In this document: piece after piece, positions 1-10,080 of the stretch
Layout of the letters: each line of letters opens with the position of its first letter
How positions within the stretch are numbered: position 1 is the stretch's first letter
Assembly: GCA_002320005.1 (NCBI GenBank)
Contig: DCJK01000013.1
Span: 107,049 to 171,048 of the forward strand
Source of the DNA: Firmicutes bacterium UBA1702
Lineage (GTDB): Bacteria; Bacillota; Clostridia; Peptostreptococcales; Anaerovoracaceae
Length of the DNA: 64,000 nucleotides
Direction of reading: 5' to 3'
Made by a program: the position numbers and the translations under genes
Notes under the pieces: generated by a model
What the model was told of the DNA's origin: nothing
What the model saw: the letters and a program-made list of their open reading frames with translations, nothing else
Databases searched by the model: none

Positions 1-1308
1 CATTTTGGAAGATGACTGAGTGCGAAGCTTCATTACAGGACCGCTTCCCAGAAGACCGCCGAAATCAAGTTCTTCTCCTTCTTCCAGACCGATGGCAGGA
101 ATCACTCTGACTGCCGTGGTCTTTGAGTTTACCATTCCGATGGCTGCCTCATCTGCTATTATGGCAGAGATTGTGGATGGTTCCGTTTCTCCGGGTATTA
201 CTATCATGTCAAGGCCGACAGAACATACGGCAGTCATAGCTTCAAGCTTTTCTACTGAAAGAACACCGCTGCGGGCGGCATCTATCATGCCCGCGTCTTC
301 TGTGACCGGTATGAAAGCCCCGGACAGTCCGCCTACGCTGGAGGATGCCATGACGCCGCCTTTTTTGACTGCATCATTGAGCATTGCCAGAGCTGCGGTG
401 GTTCCGTGAGTTCCACACTGCTCCAGACCGATTTCTTCCAGGATATGGGCTACGGAGTCGCCGACTGCAGGAGTAGGTGCAAGAGAAAGATCGATTATTC
501 CAAAAGGAACGCCTAAAAGCTGAGATGCTTCTGTACCTACCAGCTGACCCATTCGAGTTATTTTGAAAGCTGTCTTTTTGATGAGTTCGGCCACTTCGTT
601 AAGAGGAGCATCATCAGGAAGCTTTGCCAGCGCTGAACGTACCACGCCGGGTCCGGATACGCCTACATTTATTACCACATCCGGCTCTCCGGGACCGTGA
701 AAAGCGCCGGCCATGAAAGGATTGTCCTCCGGTGCATTGCAGAAAACCACCAGCTTTGCCGCTCCTATGCACTGATTGTCTCTGGTGAGATTTGCTGCTT
801 CTTTGACTACATTTCCCATCATCTTTACTGCGTCCATGTTTATTCCTGCTTTGGTAGATCCTATATTTACCGAGGAGCATACGAACTCGGTCTCTGACAG
901 AGCACGTGGAATGGATTGGATAAGCTCACGGTCTCCTGCGCTGAAGCCCTTCTGCACCAGGGCGCTGTAGCCGCCGATAAAGTTAACACCCACGGCCTTC
1001 GCCGCTTTGTCAAGAGCATGAGCATATTTGACAGGATCACCGCCGCTGGCTGCCACCAGCATTGCGATAGGGGTAACGCTGATTCGTTTATTTACAATGG
1101 GGATACCGTACTTCTTTTCGATGGATTCACCCACTGCCACCAGATCCTTTGCCCGTGTGGTTACTTTTTCATAGACTTTGCGGCAGGAGCGGTCTATGTC
1201 GCTGTCTGCACAGTCCAGCAGGGAAATTCCCATGGTTATTGTTCTTATATCAAGGTGTTCATCCTGGATCATGGTTATGGTTTCCAGTATGTCGTTAAAA
1301 TTAAGCAT
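1..1308 (-). CDS. UPF0210/DUF711 (PFL-like) family protein, 3' end runs off the window
   Basis: Manual minus-strand translation from the ATG at 1306-1308 gives [33 protein letters not shown]...[16 protein letters not shown]. It is open to position 1. It follows the ACT-domain gene, the usual UPF0237/UPF0210 pairing. Confidence 0.8.
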   Translation of the reverse strand, partial: MLNFNDILETITMIQDEHLDIRTITMGISLLDCADSDIDRSCRKVYEKVTTRAKDLVAVGESIEKKYGIPIVNKRISVTPIAMLVAASGGDPVKYAHALDKAAKAVGVNFIGGYSALVQKGFSAGDRELIQSIPRALSETEFVCSSVNIGSTKAGINMDAVKMMGNVVKEAANLTRDNQCIGAAKLVVFCNAPEDNPFMAGAFHGPGEPDVVINVGVSGPGVVRSALAKLPDDAPLNEVAELIKKTAFKITRMGQLVGTEASQLLGVPFGIIDLSLAPTPAVGDSVAHILEEIGLEQCGTHGTTAALAMLNDAVKKGGVMASSSVGGLSGAFIPVTEDAGMIDAARSGVLSVEKLEAMTAVCSVGLDMIVIPGETEPSTISAIIADEAAIGMVNSKTTAVRVIPAIGLEEGEELDFGGLLGSGPVMKLRTQSSSKM

Positions 1309-1325
1309 TTCTGTCCTCCGAAAGA

Positions 1326-1589
1326 TTAGATTCTGTGCATGGAATTGAATATGTCTTCATGCATAACATGGATAACCATGTCCGGAACGGAAGCTTTCAG
1401 GGAAGCCTCCAGCTGATCAAGAGCACAGGTTATACCACCTATGTCTATCACCATTACCATGCAGAAATACCCATCCAGAATGGACTGGGTAACTTCAAGA
1501 ACATTGGCATTTTTGGCGGCACAGGCAGAAGCCACTTTTGCCAGTATACCTACCATATCTTTGCCGATTACCGTTACAACTGCTTTCAT
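1326..1589 (-). CDS. ACT domain-containing protein (UPF0237 family)
   Basis: 87 aa, [20 protein letters not shown]-type ACT fold. Overlaps the upstream gene by 4 nt (operon). Confidence 0.8.
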   Translation of the reverse strand: MKAVVTVIGKDMVGILAKVASACAAKNANVLEVTQSILDGYFCMVMVIDIGGITCALDQLEASLKASVPDMVIHVMHEDIFNSMHRI

Positions 1590-2617
1590 TTTTTTATCTC
1601 CTTTTCCTCAAGCACCTGGTATTCGCCCTTACTAAGCGAGGCATCCTGCCTGTAGCTTATTTTCAGGTCAGGATAGATGCTCTTAAAATATTTTTTATTT
1701 GATGCCTTGTGACCGATCATGTTGTTAAATGAATCAGGGTGAGAGACGAATAATACGGAAGAAGGCCTGTCCAGGAATGCCAGCTGGCCGGAAAGATCCT
1801 CCCGCGCAATCTGCCCTTCCACAAGCTGCCTGAAAGCAGGGTGGAAAGTTCCTGATGTAACCGACTCGTCGCTGATGATGTCGCTGGATTTAAGACCCAC
1901 GCGTATGACATTGACACCGGCCTCGGTGAGGATTCTGTACATGGCAGCAGTGCGCATGACGGCATCCTCCTGACTCATAGGGCTGTACAGCTGTTTTTCG
2001 TACATGTCATACAGTTCCGTGTCTTTTATTACAACTGTAGGATACAGTCTTGCCACGTCGGGCTGCAGCCCGGCCGCTTCTTTAGCTGAAAATACATCAT
2101 ATTGATATCTGTCGCCCGGCAGGCCAATCATCAGCTGTATTCCCAGTTCAAAACCGTATTCTTTTATAAGCGCGCAGCTTTCGTATACGCAAGCTGCGTT
2201 GTGACCGCGTTTAGAAGCTTTCAGCACCGAATCTGCAAAAGACTGCACTCCCAGTTCAATAACATCGACGCTGTATTTTTTTAGATTGTCAAGTATGGGT
2301 CTGTTTATATAATCGGGTCTTGTAGAAAGGTGAATTTTCTGAATAATTCCTCTGTCTTTGTAATCCTTGGCAACTGCAAGAAAGGCACTCTGCTCATTCA
2401 TAGGTATTCCGGTAAAAGAGCCGCCAAAGAAAGAAAGCTCGATGGTTTCCATATCCATATCGGACAAGGTGGACATATATGTGTCAACTATATCGGAGAT
2501 ATCTTCCGGCGCGACGGGCTTCTGATGTGCTGTTATTCTTCGCTGATTGCAGAAGACGCAGTCGTTGGGGCAGCCCATATGCGGGATGAAGACAGGGATT
2601 ATAGCATGTTTTTTCAT
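1586..2617 (-). CDS. radical SAM protein (ELP3/HemN-like family)
   Basis: CPNDCVFC (CxxxCxxC) motif near the N-terminus. 343 aa. Translationally coupled to both neighbours. Confidence 0.8.
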   Translation of the reverse strand: MKKHAIIPVFIPHMGCPNDCVFCNQRRITAHQKPVAPEDISDIVDTYMSTLSDMDMETIELSFFGGSFTGIPMNEQSAFLAVAKDYKDRGIIQKIHLSTRPDYINRPILDNLKKYSVDVIELGVQSFADSVLKASKRGHNAACVYESCALIKEYGFELGIQLMIGLPGDRYQYDVFSAKEAAGLQPDVARLYPTVVIKDTELYDMYEKQLYSPMSQEDAVMRTAAMYRILTEAGVNVIRVGLKSSDIISDESVTSGTFHPAFRQLVEGQIAREDLSGQLAFLDRPSSVLFVSHPDSFNNMIGHKASNKKYFKSIYPDLKISYRQDASLSKGEYQVLEEKEIKK

Positions 2618-3282
2618 TTGGTTGCCTCTCCGGATTCAGAAATTTTCTCCTCTATGACGGAGCCGATATCTGTAAGAGGGAATTGCTCAAAGTATATCAT
2701 ATCAAGGCCTCTTCTGGCAATAAAATCCTTTATGCGTTCATAGTCGCTGTGGGCCTTTATATTTCCGTTGAAAATGATAGAGTTGCCCACTCTTCCGGAG
2801 GCGCCGCCTATAAAACCGTAAGGATACCCCTCAAGGACGACCTGTTTTGGCTCTACAGCAAGAACATCCATGCCTTTTGCTGCGGCTGCCCGGATAATTC
2901 CGCCATCGGCAGTTATTATGGAATTCTCGTCCACCACCACGCAGCTGCACTTGGCATAGCCCTGAGCCACATGGACAGTGATCTGATTACGAAACCGAGC
3001 TGCTTCAAGAAGTTCAGGTGCCGTTATTTTAATGTTGTGTATAAAAAACTTTCCGGTGGAACATGCATTATATATTGCATTGGCCGGATAGGAATCCCCC
3101 GGTTCTGAAGGGTCTCCGAAAAAAATACCATCACCCATATTACACATGTAAATATCAGGGTGACAAGCGATGGAGGGCTCCACGTGAGAAGCCGGATGAA
3201 CTTCACAAAGGGTATGCCCTTCTTTTATAAGATATTCTTTTAGTAATTTATCAGCTCCGGGGCTTATGTGTATTCTGCTCAT
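2614..3282 (-). CDS. hypothetical protein (possibly a DUF6873/GME-fold type); start uncertain (3282 or 3297)
   Basis: Long ORF that is first in a 4-gene minus-strand operon. A TGTATAAT extended -10 sits only about 6 nt upstream of the ATG at 3282, so the mRNA may be leaderless. Confidence 0.5.
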   Translation of the reverse strand: MSRIHISPGADKLLKEYLIKEGHTLCEVHPASHVEPSIACHPDIYMCNMGDGIFFGDPSEPGDSYPANAIYNACSTGKFFIHNIKITAPELLEAARFRNQITVHVAQGYAKCSCVVVDENSIITADGGIIRAAAAKGMDVLAVEPKQVVLEGYPYGFIGGASGRVGNSIIFNGNIKAHSDYERIKDFIARRGLDMIYFEQFPLTDIGSVIEEKISESGEATK

Positions 3283-3417
3283 AAATTTATTATACACTAA
3301 AGGAAGAGAGATTGCACATAAATATTGGAACTGCTCGTATTATGACTCCACTTAATAATCAGTGAATGACAGGCTGCAGCAATATGTGATATAATGGCAT
3401 AGAAAGGAGAAAAAAAT

Positions 3418-4086
3418 ATGATTCAAATCGGTAATGACTGGGATGCGGTGCTGAAAGAAGAAAACGGGAAAGAATACTTCATGAAGCTGCAGGAATTTCT
3501 TGCAGAAGAACGGCAGACTCATATGGTTTATCCTCCGGAGAAAGATGTTTTTAATGCACTGAAATATTCATCTCTGGCGGATACGAAAGTGGTTATTTTC
3601 GGACAGGATCCATACCATGAACCGGGGCAGGCACACGGAATGTGTTTCTCTGTAAACAAAGGCATTGCCGTGCCTCCGTCGCTGATAAATATATACAAGG
3701 AAATAGAGACGGACTTAGGCATAAAACCACCGTCTCACGGATATCTTGCAGACTGGGCCGGGCAGGGGGTGCTTCTTCTGAATACGGTTCTGACAGTTCG
3801 CAGAGGTGAAGCCAATTCCCACAGAGGAAAGGGCTGGGAAACCTTCACGGACAGAGTGACGGAAGCTCTCAATGAGCGGGAAAAACCCATGGTGTTCATC
3901 CTGTGGGGAGCCAATGCCAGAGAAAAGGCAAAGCTCATTACCAATAAAGAGCACATGATTATTACGGGAGCTCACCCAAGCCCGCTTTCTGCATGGAAGG
4001 GTTTTTTCGGAGGAAGATACTTCAGTAAAGCCAACAGATTTCTTGAAATTACGGGGCAGACCCCAATCAATTGGGAACTTAAATAA
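3418..4086 (+). CDS. ung: uracil-DNA glycosylase
   Basis: GQDPYH and HPSPLSA motifs, 222 aa, AGGAG RBS. Confidence 0.95.
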   Translation: MIQIGNDWDAVLKEENGKEYFMKLQEFLAEERQTHMVYPPEKDVFNALKYSSLADTKVVIFGQDPYHEPGQAHGMCFSVNKGIAVPPSLINIYKEIETDLGIKPPSHGYLADWAGQGVLLLNTVLTVRRGEANSHRGKGWETFTDRVTEALNEREKPMVFILWGANAREKAKLITNKEHMIITGAHPSPLSAWKGFFGGRYFSKANRFLEITGQTPINWELK

Positions 4087-4124
4087 AAGACGGCTCAGCG
4101 CCGGCAAAATAAGGAGGAAATGAA

Positions 4125-4673
4125 ATGTTAATAGCAATCGGGATTATTGTAGTTCTTATCATCATTTTCGTGGTTATGTATAATGGTTTTATACGCCTGA
4201 AAAACAACTGCGACGAGGCTTTTGCCACTATGGATGTGTATCTGAAAAAGAGATACGATCTTATTCCTAATCTGGTGGAAACTGTCAAGGGCTATGCAGC
4301 TCACGAAAAAGAAACTTTGGAAAGAGTGGTGGCAGCCAGAAACATGGCTCAGGGAGCATCAACACCGGAAGAAAAAGCTGCAGGAGAAAGCATGCTTCAG
4401 GGCACCCTTAAAAGTCTTTTTGCTGTTGCAGAAAGCTACCCGGATCTGAAGGCAAATCAGAATTTCATGGATCTGCAGGGTCAGCTTAAGGCTGTGGAAG
4501 AGGACATTGCCAACTCGCGTAAATACTATAATGCGGTAGTAAAGCAGTTCAACACCAAGTGCGAAGTGTTTCCTTCAAACCTTATAGCAGGAATTTTCCA
4601 CTTCGAAAAGAAACCTATGTTTGAGGTGGAGGCACAGGAAGAAAGACAGAATGTCAAGGTAAGTTTCTCTTAA
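4125..4673 (+). CDS. LemA family protein
   Basis: N-terminal TM helix followed by a LemA-like helical region. Paired with the DUF2207 gene downstream. Confidence 0.8.
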   Translation: MLIAIGIIVVLIIIFVVMYNGFIRLKNNCDEAFATMDVYLKKRYDLIPNLVETVKGYAAHEKETLERVVAARNMAQGASTPEEKAAGESMLQGTLKSLFAVAESYPDLKANQNFMDLQGQLKAVEEDIANSRKYYNAVVKQFNTKCEVFPSNLIAGIFHFEKKPMFEVEAQEERQNVKVSFS

Positions 4674-4697
4674 TTGCCTGATATTGAAAGGATTCCT

Positions 4698-6578
4698 ATG
4701 GAAAATAAAAAAAGAAACAGACTGCGCATAGGTGCATTGCTGGTGGTTCTTATCACGCTGTGTATCGCTTCTGCAGCACCGGCAATGGCCTACAGCTATA
4801 CCACAGATCTGTATAAGGTGGACATAGCTGTCAGTGAAGACAATACTTATGACATAACAGAAACCATAGATGTTTATTTTGATACTCCAAAGCACGGAAT
4901 CTACAGATATATTCCTACCGGTGGAAACAGTGACATGGGGTATATGAAAATAAAAGATGTGAGGGTTTCGGGATATGAATACAGCACATATTCCGAAGAC
5001 GGCAACAGAGTGATACGTATAGGGTCTGAGGATGAGACCGTTACGGGAAGACAGCGTTACAAGATAAACTATCGCATGGAAGTGTACGATGATCGCAACA
5101 CAGACAAGGACTTCCTGTATATCGACCTGATTCCTACCGGCTGGGAGACACCCATTGCTGAAGCTGATATCACTGTAAAAATGCCTAAAAGGATAGACGA
5201 AGCAAATATAAAAATCTACAGCGGACTTTTTAAAGATACAGAAAACAGTGAGCTGGCAGAATGGACTTACGATGAAGAAAGCAGAGAAATACACATCAGA
5301 TGCACTGATATGCGCAGAGGTGCGGGAATAACGCTCCTCTGCAATCTGCCTGAAGGCTACTGGCAGGGAGAAGGAACCTACTCGTGGGCAAGAATAGCTG
5401 CGGTTTTACTTGTCGGAGGGATTTCAGCTGCAGTTATGCTGCTCTGGTTTTTCTTCGGAAGAGACAGGAAACCGGTTCCGACGGTGGAGTTTTATCCTCC
5501 GGAGGGGATGAATCCGGCAGAAGTGGGTTACATAATAGATCGGACTATAAACAAGAAGGATCTTGTTTCTCTCATAATGTATTTCGCCGACAAAGGCTAT
5601 ATGTCCATAGAACAGACAGGAAAGAAGAACTTTACTTTTACCAAGGTAAAGGACATAGATCCATCGGAGAAGAAGTTTGCAAAAACCCTCTTCAACGGTC
5701 TTTTTGAATCGGGGAATACGGTGAATATCAAGGATCTGGACGAATCCTTCGGTGAACGATATTACGCTGCGTATGAGCAGCTGTACAACCATTTCGTCAC
5801 CAAATCCAACCGTCAGGTTTCCATAAAGTCGGTGGTATTTCAGATACTCGCTCTGATATTTCTTGTTGCAGCTCAGATGGCAGCAGCAGCTCTTGCAGGA
5901 TGGTTCAGCGGAGATGTGCTGCCGGCAGTTCTCAGCGTGGCGGCTGCGGCAGCTTCTGCAGGAATAATGGCAGCACTTGTTATCAGGACAAAGAAGCAGT
6001 TTGCCATGAAGACAGGCAGAAGAATTGCGGGAGGACTGGTATTGTGGATTATAAAGGCCGCACTTACAGCAGCATACGCATTCCTGATATCGCAGATGTT
6101 CGGACGCTTTGTTCTGGTTCCGGTGTTTGGTCTGATGGTGTTTGCAGCGGAGATTTCAGCTGTTGTCATGGATCGGCGTACCGATAAAAGCGTAGAACTT
6201 CTGGGACGGATCTTAGGACTTAAAAACTTTATAGAAAGAGCTGAACTGGACAGAATAAATTCCCTGGTTGAGGAGAATCCCGACTATTATTACAACATAT
6301 TGCCTTATGCCTACGTCATGGGACTTACAGACAAGTGGGCAAAGAATTTTGAGAGTATTGCCGTAAAGCCTCCGGCATGGTATACAGGCTACGGCGGTGC
6401 GGACATGTTTGATATATGGATGTTTTCAAACATGATGAACCGTTGCAGCAGAGCATTTGAAAGCAACATCCATATCCCGACAGGAGGAGACTCCGGCAGC
6501 GGCGGAGGCGGCTTCACAGGCGGTGGAGGCGGATTCTCCGGCGGCGGCTTCGGCGGCGGAGGCGGCGGAAGCTGGTAA
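4698..6578 (+). CDS. DUF2207 domain-containing membrane protein with a Gly-rich C-terminal tail
   Basis: Signal peptide MENKKRNRLRIGALLVVLITLCIASAAPAMA, multiple TM helices, tail GGDSGSGGGGFTGGGGGFSGGGFGGGGGGSW. Typical LemA partner. Confidence 0.75.
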   Translation: MENKKRNRLRIGALLVVLITLCIASAAPAMAYSYTTDLYKVDIAVSEDNTYDITETIDVYFDTPKHGIYRYIPTGGNSDMGYMKIKDVRVSGYEYSTYSEDGNRVIRIGSEDETVTGRQRYKINYRMEVYDDRNTDKDFLYIDLIPTGWETPIAEADITVKMPKRIDEANIKIYSGLFKDTENSELAEWTYDEESREIHIRCTDMRRGAGITLLCNLPEGYWQGEGTYSWARIAAVLLVGGISAAVMLLWFFFGRDRKPVPTVEFYPPEGMNPAEVGYIIDRTINKKDLVSLIMYFADKGYMSIEQTGKKNFTFTKVKDIDPSEKKFAKTLFNGLFESGNTVNIKDLDESFGERYYAAYEQLYNHFVTKSNRQVSIKSVVFQILALIFLVAAQMAAAALAGWFSGDVLPAVLSVAAAAASAGIMAALVIRTKKQFAMKTGRRIAGGLVLWIIKAALTAAYAFLISQMFGRFVLVPVFGLMVFAAEISAVVMDRRTDKSVELLGRILGLKNFIERAELDRINSLVEENPDYYYNILPYAYVMGLTDKWAKNFESIAVKPPAWYTGYGGADMFDIWMFSNMMNRCSRAFESNIHIPTGGDSGSGGGGFTGGGGGFSGGGFGGGGGGSW

Positions 6579-6605
6579 ACCGGTCAGAATACTTATGTGG
6601 CAAAT

Positions 6606-6642
6606 AAAAACACAGTCTCGCAGCATGAGAGACTGTGTTTTT
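6606..6642. terminator. bidirectional intrinsic terminator between the DUF2207 gene and ddl
   Basis: aaaaacacagtctc-gcagcat-gagactgtgttttt: perfect stem flanked by an A-run and a T-run. Confidence 0.75.
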
Positions 6643-6650
6643 GATTGCCG

Positions 6651-7715
6651 TTATTCCTCTGTAGAAGAGTATTCTATTATTTTATCTATTACGTCTTTGT
6701 ATTCCAGACCTACCCCAGCCATCATCTTCGGGAAACGACTTACAGAGGTAAATCCCGGAATGGTATTGACCTCGTTGAAGACTATTCTGCCTTCCGGAGT
6801 CAGGAACATGTCAAGACGGGCAAAACCTTTGCAGCCCAGAGCTCTGAAGAGAACTCTGCCTGCCTCCTTGATGCGTTCCTCTGTTTCGGCGTCTATTCTG
6901 GCGGGAGTATGGATTTTGGAATCCACGCCGGTGTACTTTCTGGTGTAGTCAAAGAAACAACCGGTGAAAAGCTCTATTTCGTCAACTCTGCCGACGATTT
7001 CATTGCCTTTGCCGTCACCTATGATTGAACAGCCTACTTCAAAACCGTCAATTTTTTCTTCGATGATTACCTCGTCGTCATAATCAAGGGCCAGATTTAC
7101 AGCGTCCATAAGCTGTGAAGAATCCTCAATTACGGTTATGCCGTAGGAGGAGCCGGCCTTGACAGGCTTGACGAAAAGCGGATATGTGAGAGCGGACGTG
7201 GATTTGAAAATATCCTCTTGAGAAGACTTGCTGCTGATATTACATGCTTTGGGCACTGCGATTCCGGCTTCATCAGCAACTACATGAGCCCGGTATTTGT
7301 CCATGCAGAGGGCAGAAGAAAGAGTGCCGCAGCCCATCAGATCGATGCCTGCCAGTTCAATGAGACCCTGAACAGTGCCATCCTCTCCGTTCTTGCCGTG
7401 GAGCACCGGAAACACTCCGTCAAGTCTTGTATATACAGGAGCACCGCCGCGGATCTCCATCATTCCGTGAATATCGCGGTCAGGCAGTATATATGCAGGA
7501 GTGCATTGGGATTCATCCTTGTGCCACAGGTCAGTGCGGATTTTTTCCAGATCGCCGTCATAACGCAGCCATCTGCCGTCTTTGGTTATGCCTATTGCAA
7601 TGGGTTGATATTTTTCTCTGTCCATGTTGGCGAGAACTGCATAGCCTGAATTCAGTGAAATTCCGTATTCGCTGGAACAGCCGCCAAAGAGTACTGCGAT
7701 GGTTTTCTTTTTCAT
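6651..7715 (-). CDS. ddl: D-alanine--D-alanine ligase (VanG-like clostridial Ddl clade)
   Basis: MKKKTIAVLFGGCSSEYGISL..., FPVLHGKNGEDGTVQG, NEVNTIPGFTS motifs. 354 aa. Confidence 0.9.
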   Translation of the reverse strand: MKKKTIAVLFGGCSSEYGISLNSGYAVLANMDREKYQPIAIGITKDGRWLRYDGDLEKIRTDLWHKDESQCTPAYILPDRDIHGMMEIRGGAPVYTRLDGVFPVLHGKNGEDGTVQGLIELAGIDLMGCGTLSSALCMDKYRAHVVADEAGIAVPKACNISSKSSQEDIFKSTSALTYPLFVKPVKAGSSYGITVIEDSSQLMDAVNLALDYDDEVIIEEKIDGFEVGCSIIGDGKGNEIVGRVDEIELFTGCFFDYTRKYTGVDSKIHTPARIDAETEERIKEAGRVLFRALGCKGFARLDMFLTPEGRIVFNEVNTIPGFTSVSRFPKMMAGVGLEYKDVIDKIIEYSSTEE

Positions 7716-7727
7716 AATAGGACTCCT

Positions 7728-8837
7728 TTATTTGAGGTTTTCAGGGTTAAGGCCTTTAAGCTCGTCTATGACGAAGAGTCCATCCTTGCGGATGAGTACA
7801 TCATCAAAATATATTTCGCCGCCGCCGAATTCCTGTCTCTGTATCATTACAAGATCCCAATGGATGGCCGAATGATTTCCGTTGTATGCATCTTCATAGC
7901 ATTTTCCGGGAGTCAGATGGAAACTGCCGCAGATCTTTTCATCAAAAAGAGTGTCCTTCATCGGTGTAAGGACATAAGGATTTACGCCGATGGCAAATTC
8001 ACCGAAGTATCGTGCACCTTCATCTGTATCCAGAAGGGCGTTGATTCTGTCGGTATCGTTAGCTGTTGCCTTGATAATCTTGCCGTTTTTGATTTCGAAT
8101 TTTATGTTTTCGTAAGTGAAACCCTGCTCCTCAGAGAAGGTGTTGTAGCTGATGGTGCCATTCATTGATTCACGCACCGGTGCAGTGTAGACTTCGCCGT
8201 CAGGAATGTTGCGGAGACCGTCGCACTTGATGGCGGGAATCCCTTTGATGGAGAATTTTAAGTCTGTTCCGGGGCCTTTGATGTGAACCTTGTCAGTTCT
8301 GTTCATCAGATCAACCAGCGGATCCATGGCCTTACTCATTTTTTTGTAATCCAGAGTGCATACGTCAAAATAAAAGTCTTCAAAGGCTTCCTGAGACTTG
8401 TTGGCCAGCTGTGCCATTGAAGGGTTAGGATATCTGAGAACAACCCATTTTGTTTTGTTTACACGGTAGTCGAGAGTAGGGCTGGTAAGCTTGTAGTACA
8501 TGTTCAGCTTGTCTGAAGGAACATCCGAAAGCTCCGAAGTATTGTCGCCGGCTCTGACTGCAATATAAGCGTCCATGCCTTTCATCTGATAAAGCTGATA
8601 GTCGTTGAGGAATTCTATCTGGTCCTCGTCGGCCTCCATAAGGACTTCACGAAGAATCGCGCTGTCTCTGTGGTTTACATAGGGCTTTGCACCAAGCTGA
8701 TAGGCATCTTTTATGAGCTGTCTTATCAGAGGCTTGCAGCATTCTCCTTCATAGTCTATAAGTACTCTTTCTCCCTTTTGAAGATCGCAGGAATAAGAGG
8801 TGAGAAGTCTTGAAAGTTCTTTTACTCTTGGGTCCAT
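7728..8837 (-). CDS. aminopeptidase, peptidase M29 (AmpS/PepS) family
   Basis: MDPRVKELSRLLTSYSCDLQKGERVLIDY..., preceded by a GGAGG RBS. The longer 520-aa ORF in the track is an unsupported N-terminal extension. Confidence 0.8.
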   Translation of the reverse strand: MDPRVKELSRLLTSYSCDLQKGERVLIDYEGECCKPLIRQLIKDAYQLGAKPYVNHRDSAILREVLMEADEDQIEFLNDYQLYQMKGMDAYIAVRAGDNTSELSDVPSDKLNMYYKLTSPTLDYRVNKTKWVVLRYPNPSMAQLANKSQEAFEDFYFDVCTLDYKKMSKAMDPLVDLMNRTDKVHIKGPGTDLKFSIKGIPAIKCDGLRNIPDGEVYTAPVRESMNGTISYNTFSEEQGFTYENIKFEIKNGKIIKATANDTDRINALLDTDEGARYFGEFAIGVNPYVLTPMKDTLFDEKICGSFHLTPGKCYEDAYNGNHSAIHWDLVMIQRQEFGGGEIYFDDVLIRKDGLFVIDELKGLNPENLK

Positions 8838-9000
8838 AATATACCTCCTTTGGTTTTTATTATAAATATTATAACCCACGCGGCATAAAAATAAAAGGCA
8901 AATCCAAAAAGTATTCATGACTCCTCCAACAAAAGGATATTGCACATAAGTGTAAATGTATGTAAAATAAAACCGACTATATTTTAAAACGGTGGAATTT

Positions 9001-9942
9001 ATGAAAACAATATTTGTACTTAATCCAAAAGCCGGTAAAGGCAGGGGTCTGGATAAGATTAAGGAAGAGGTTCTTGCTTCGGCGGATAAGTTGGGGGTGG
9101 AAGCCGGGATATATGTGACAAAGTCCAGGGGAGACGCAGAAAATTTCGCAAGGCTGGCAGCCTCAGAAGCCGAAAACGCAGGAGAAGAGATACATATAAT
9201 TGCCTGCGGCGGGGACGGCACACTTAATGAGGTGCTAAACGGCGTTATGGGGTTTGACTGCGTAGCAGTAGGTGTAATGCCCACGGGCACAGGAAATGAC
9301 TTTGTAAGAAACTTTCCTGATGCGGGAGATTTTATGAGTATTAACGCTCAGCTTAAGGGCAAAGTGGAAAGATGTGACGCCATCAGGTATTCAGGCTTCA
9401 TAGACGGTCGGGAACAGACACGCTACTGTGCAAATATGTTCAACATAGGGTTTGACTGCAATGTGGTTGATCTTACCGCCACATTGAAAGAGTATCCTCT
9501 CTTGAAAGGCTCCTTTGCATATCTTGCTGCCGTCATGGGGATACTTATAAAGAAAAAAGGTGCAAATCTGAAGGTGGAAATAGACGGAGAAGTGGTGGAG
9601 GACGGACCTCTGCTTCTGACTGCCGTGGCCAACGGCGGCTTCTGCGGAGGAGGCGTCAACAGTGCCCCCAAAGCTTCACTGAGCGATGGGCTTATGGATA
9701 TAAATGTGATATATAATGTCACCAGAAGAGAATTTCTGAAAAAATTTCCATACTACGCCAAAGGCACTCACCTGGAGCTGAAGGGTATCGACGAGATATT
9801 ACTGTTTAAGCAGGGACATGATGTGGTGATCACTCCCCTTGACGGAACCATGCGGCTGTGTACCGACGGCGAAATTGTCGATGCAGGCAGAGTACATATG
9901 GAAATGGTACCGGCGGCCTTTAACTTTATAGTACCTGTATAG
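9001..9942 (+). CDS. diacylglycerol kinase-family lipid kinase (YegS/BmrU type)
   Basis: MKTIFVLNPKAGKG..., ACGGDGTLNEV motif. An alternative start lies at 8992. Confidence 0.8.
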   Translation: MKTIFVLNPKAGKGRGLDKIKEEVLASADKLGVEAGIYVTKSRGDAENFARLAASEAENAGEEIHIIACGGDGTLNEVLNGVMGFDCVAVGVMPTGTGNDFVRNFPDAGDFMSINAQLKGKVERCDAIRYSGFIDGREQTRYCANMFNIGFDCNVVDLTATLKEYPLLKGSFAYLAAVMGILIKKKGANLKVEIDGEVVEDGPLLLTAVANGGFCGGGVNSAPKASLSDGLMDINVIYNVTRREFLKKFPYYAKGTHLELKGIDEILLFKQGHDVVITPLDGTMRLCTDGEIVDAGRVHMEMVPAAFNFIVPV

Positions 9943-10080
9943 GGCTTGCGCCGGGCAGATGCTCATATCTCAACAGATGCAGATATAATAAAATGTTGGC
10001 ACATACTTTCTGAAGGAGGAGATCCTCCAAATGAGAAAGAAGCCAACATTTTTTTATGCTTCGGATGTGCCTGTGCCCCA

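Noticed and set aside
20-1329. Plus-strand track ORFs 20..409, 697..897, 776..970 and 916..1329, and minus-strand ORF 614..880.
   Set aside because: They overlap the well-supported minus-strand UPF0210 gene (1..1308) in other frames or antisense. They have low-complexity, Ser/Ala/Arg-rich shadow composition and no RBS.
6480-6578. Repetitive GGC/GGA-rich stretch that might be a tandem repeat or spacer array.
   Set aside because: It is the coding sequence for the Gly-rich tail of the DUF2207 protein, and it has no regular repeat-spacer structure.
6651-7715. The Ddl sequence strongly resembles VanG-type ligases (from memory), so it could be a vancomycin-resistance determinant.
   Set aside because: No vanR/S, vanT (serine racemase), vanXY or vanW genes are nearby. 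Many Clostridia have a housekeeping Ddl in this clade. I cannot judge substrate-specificity residues by eye.
8838-9290. N-terminal 150-aa extension of the 520-aa ORF 7728..9290.
   Set aside because: The extension runs through the divergent promoter region and antisense into the lipid-kinase gene. The M29 aminopeptidase homology and a GGAGG RBS begin at the ATG at 8837.
9993-10056. Long nested hairpin (atgttggc...gccaacat with inner ggaggagatcctcc) as a possible structured ncRNA.
   Set aside because: It is followed by a T-run and sits between convergent genes. It is most simply a compound transcription terminator, and I recognised no conserved motif.
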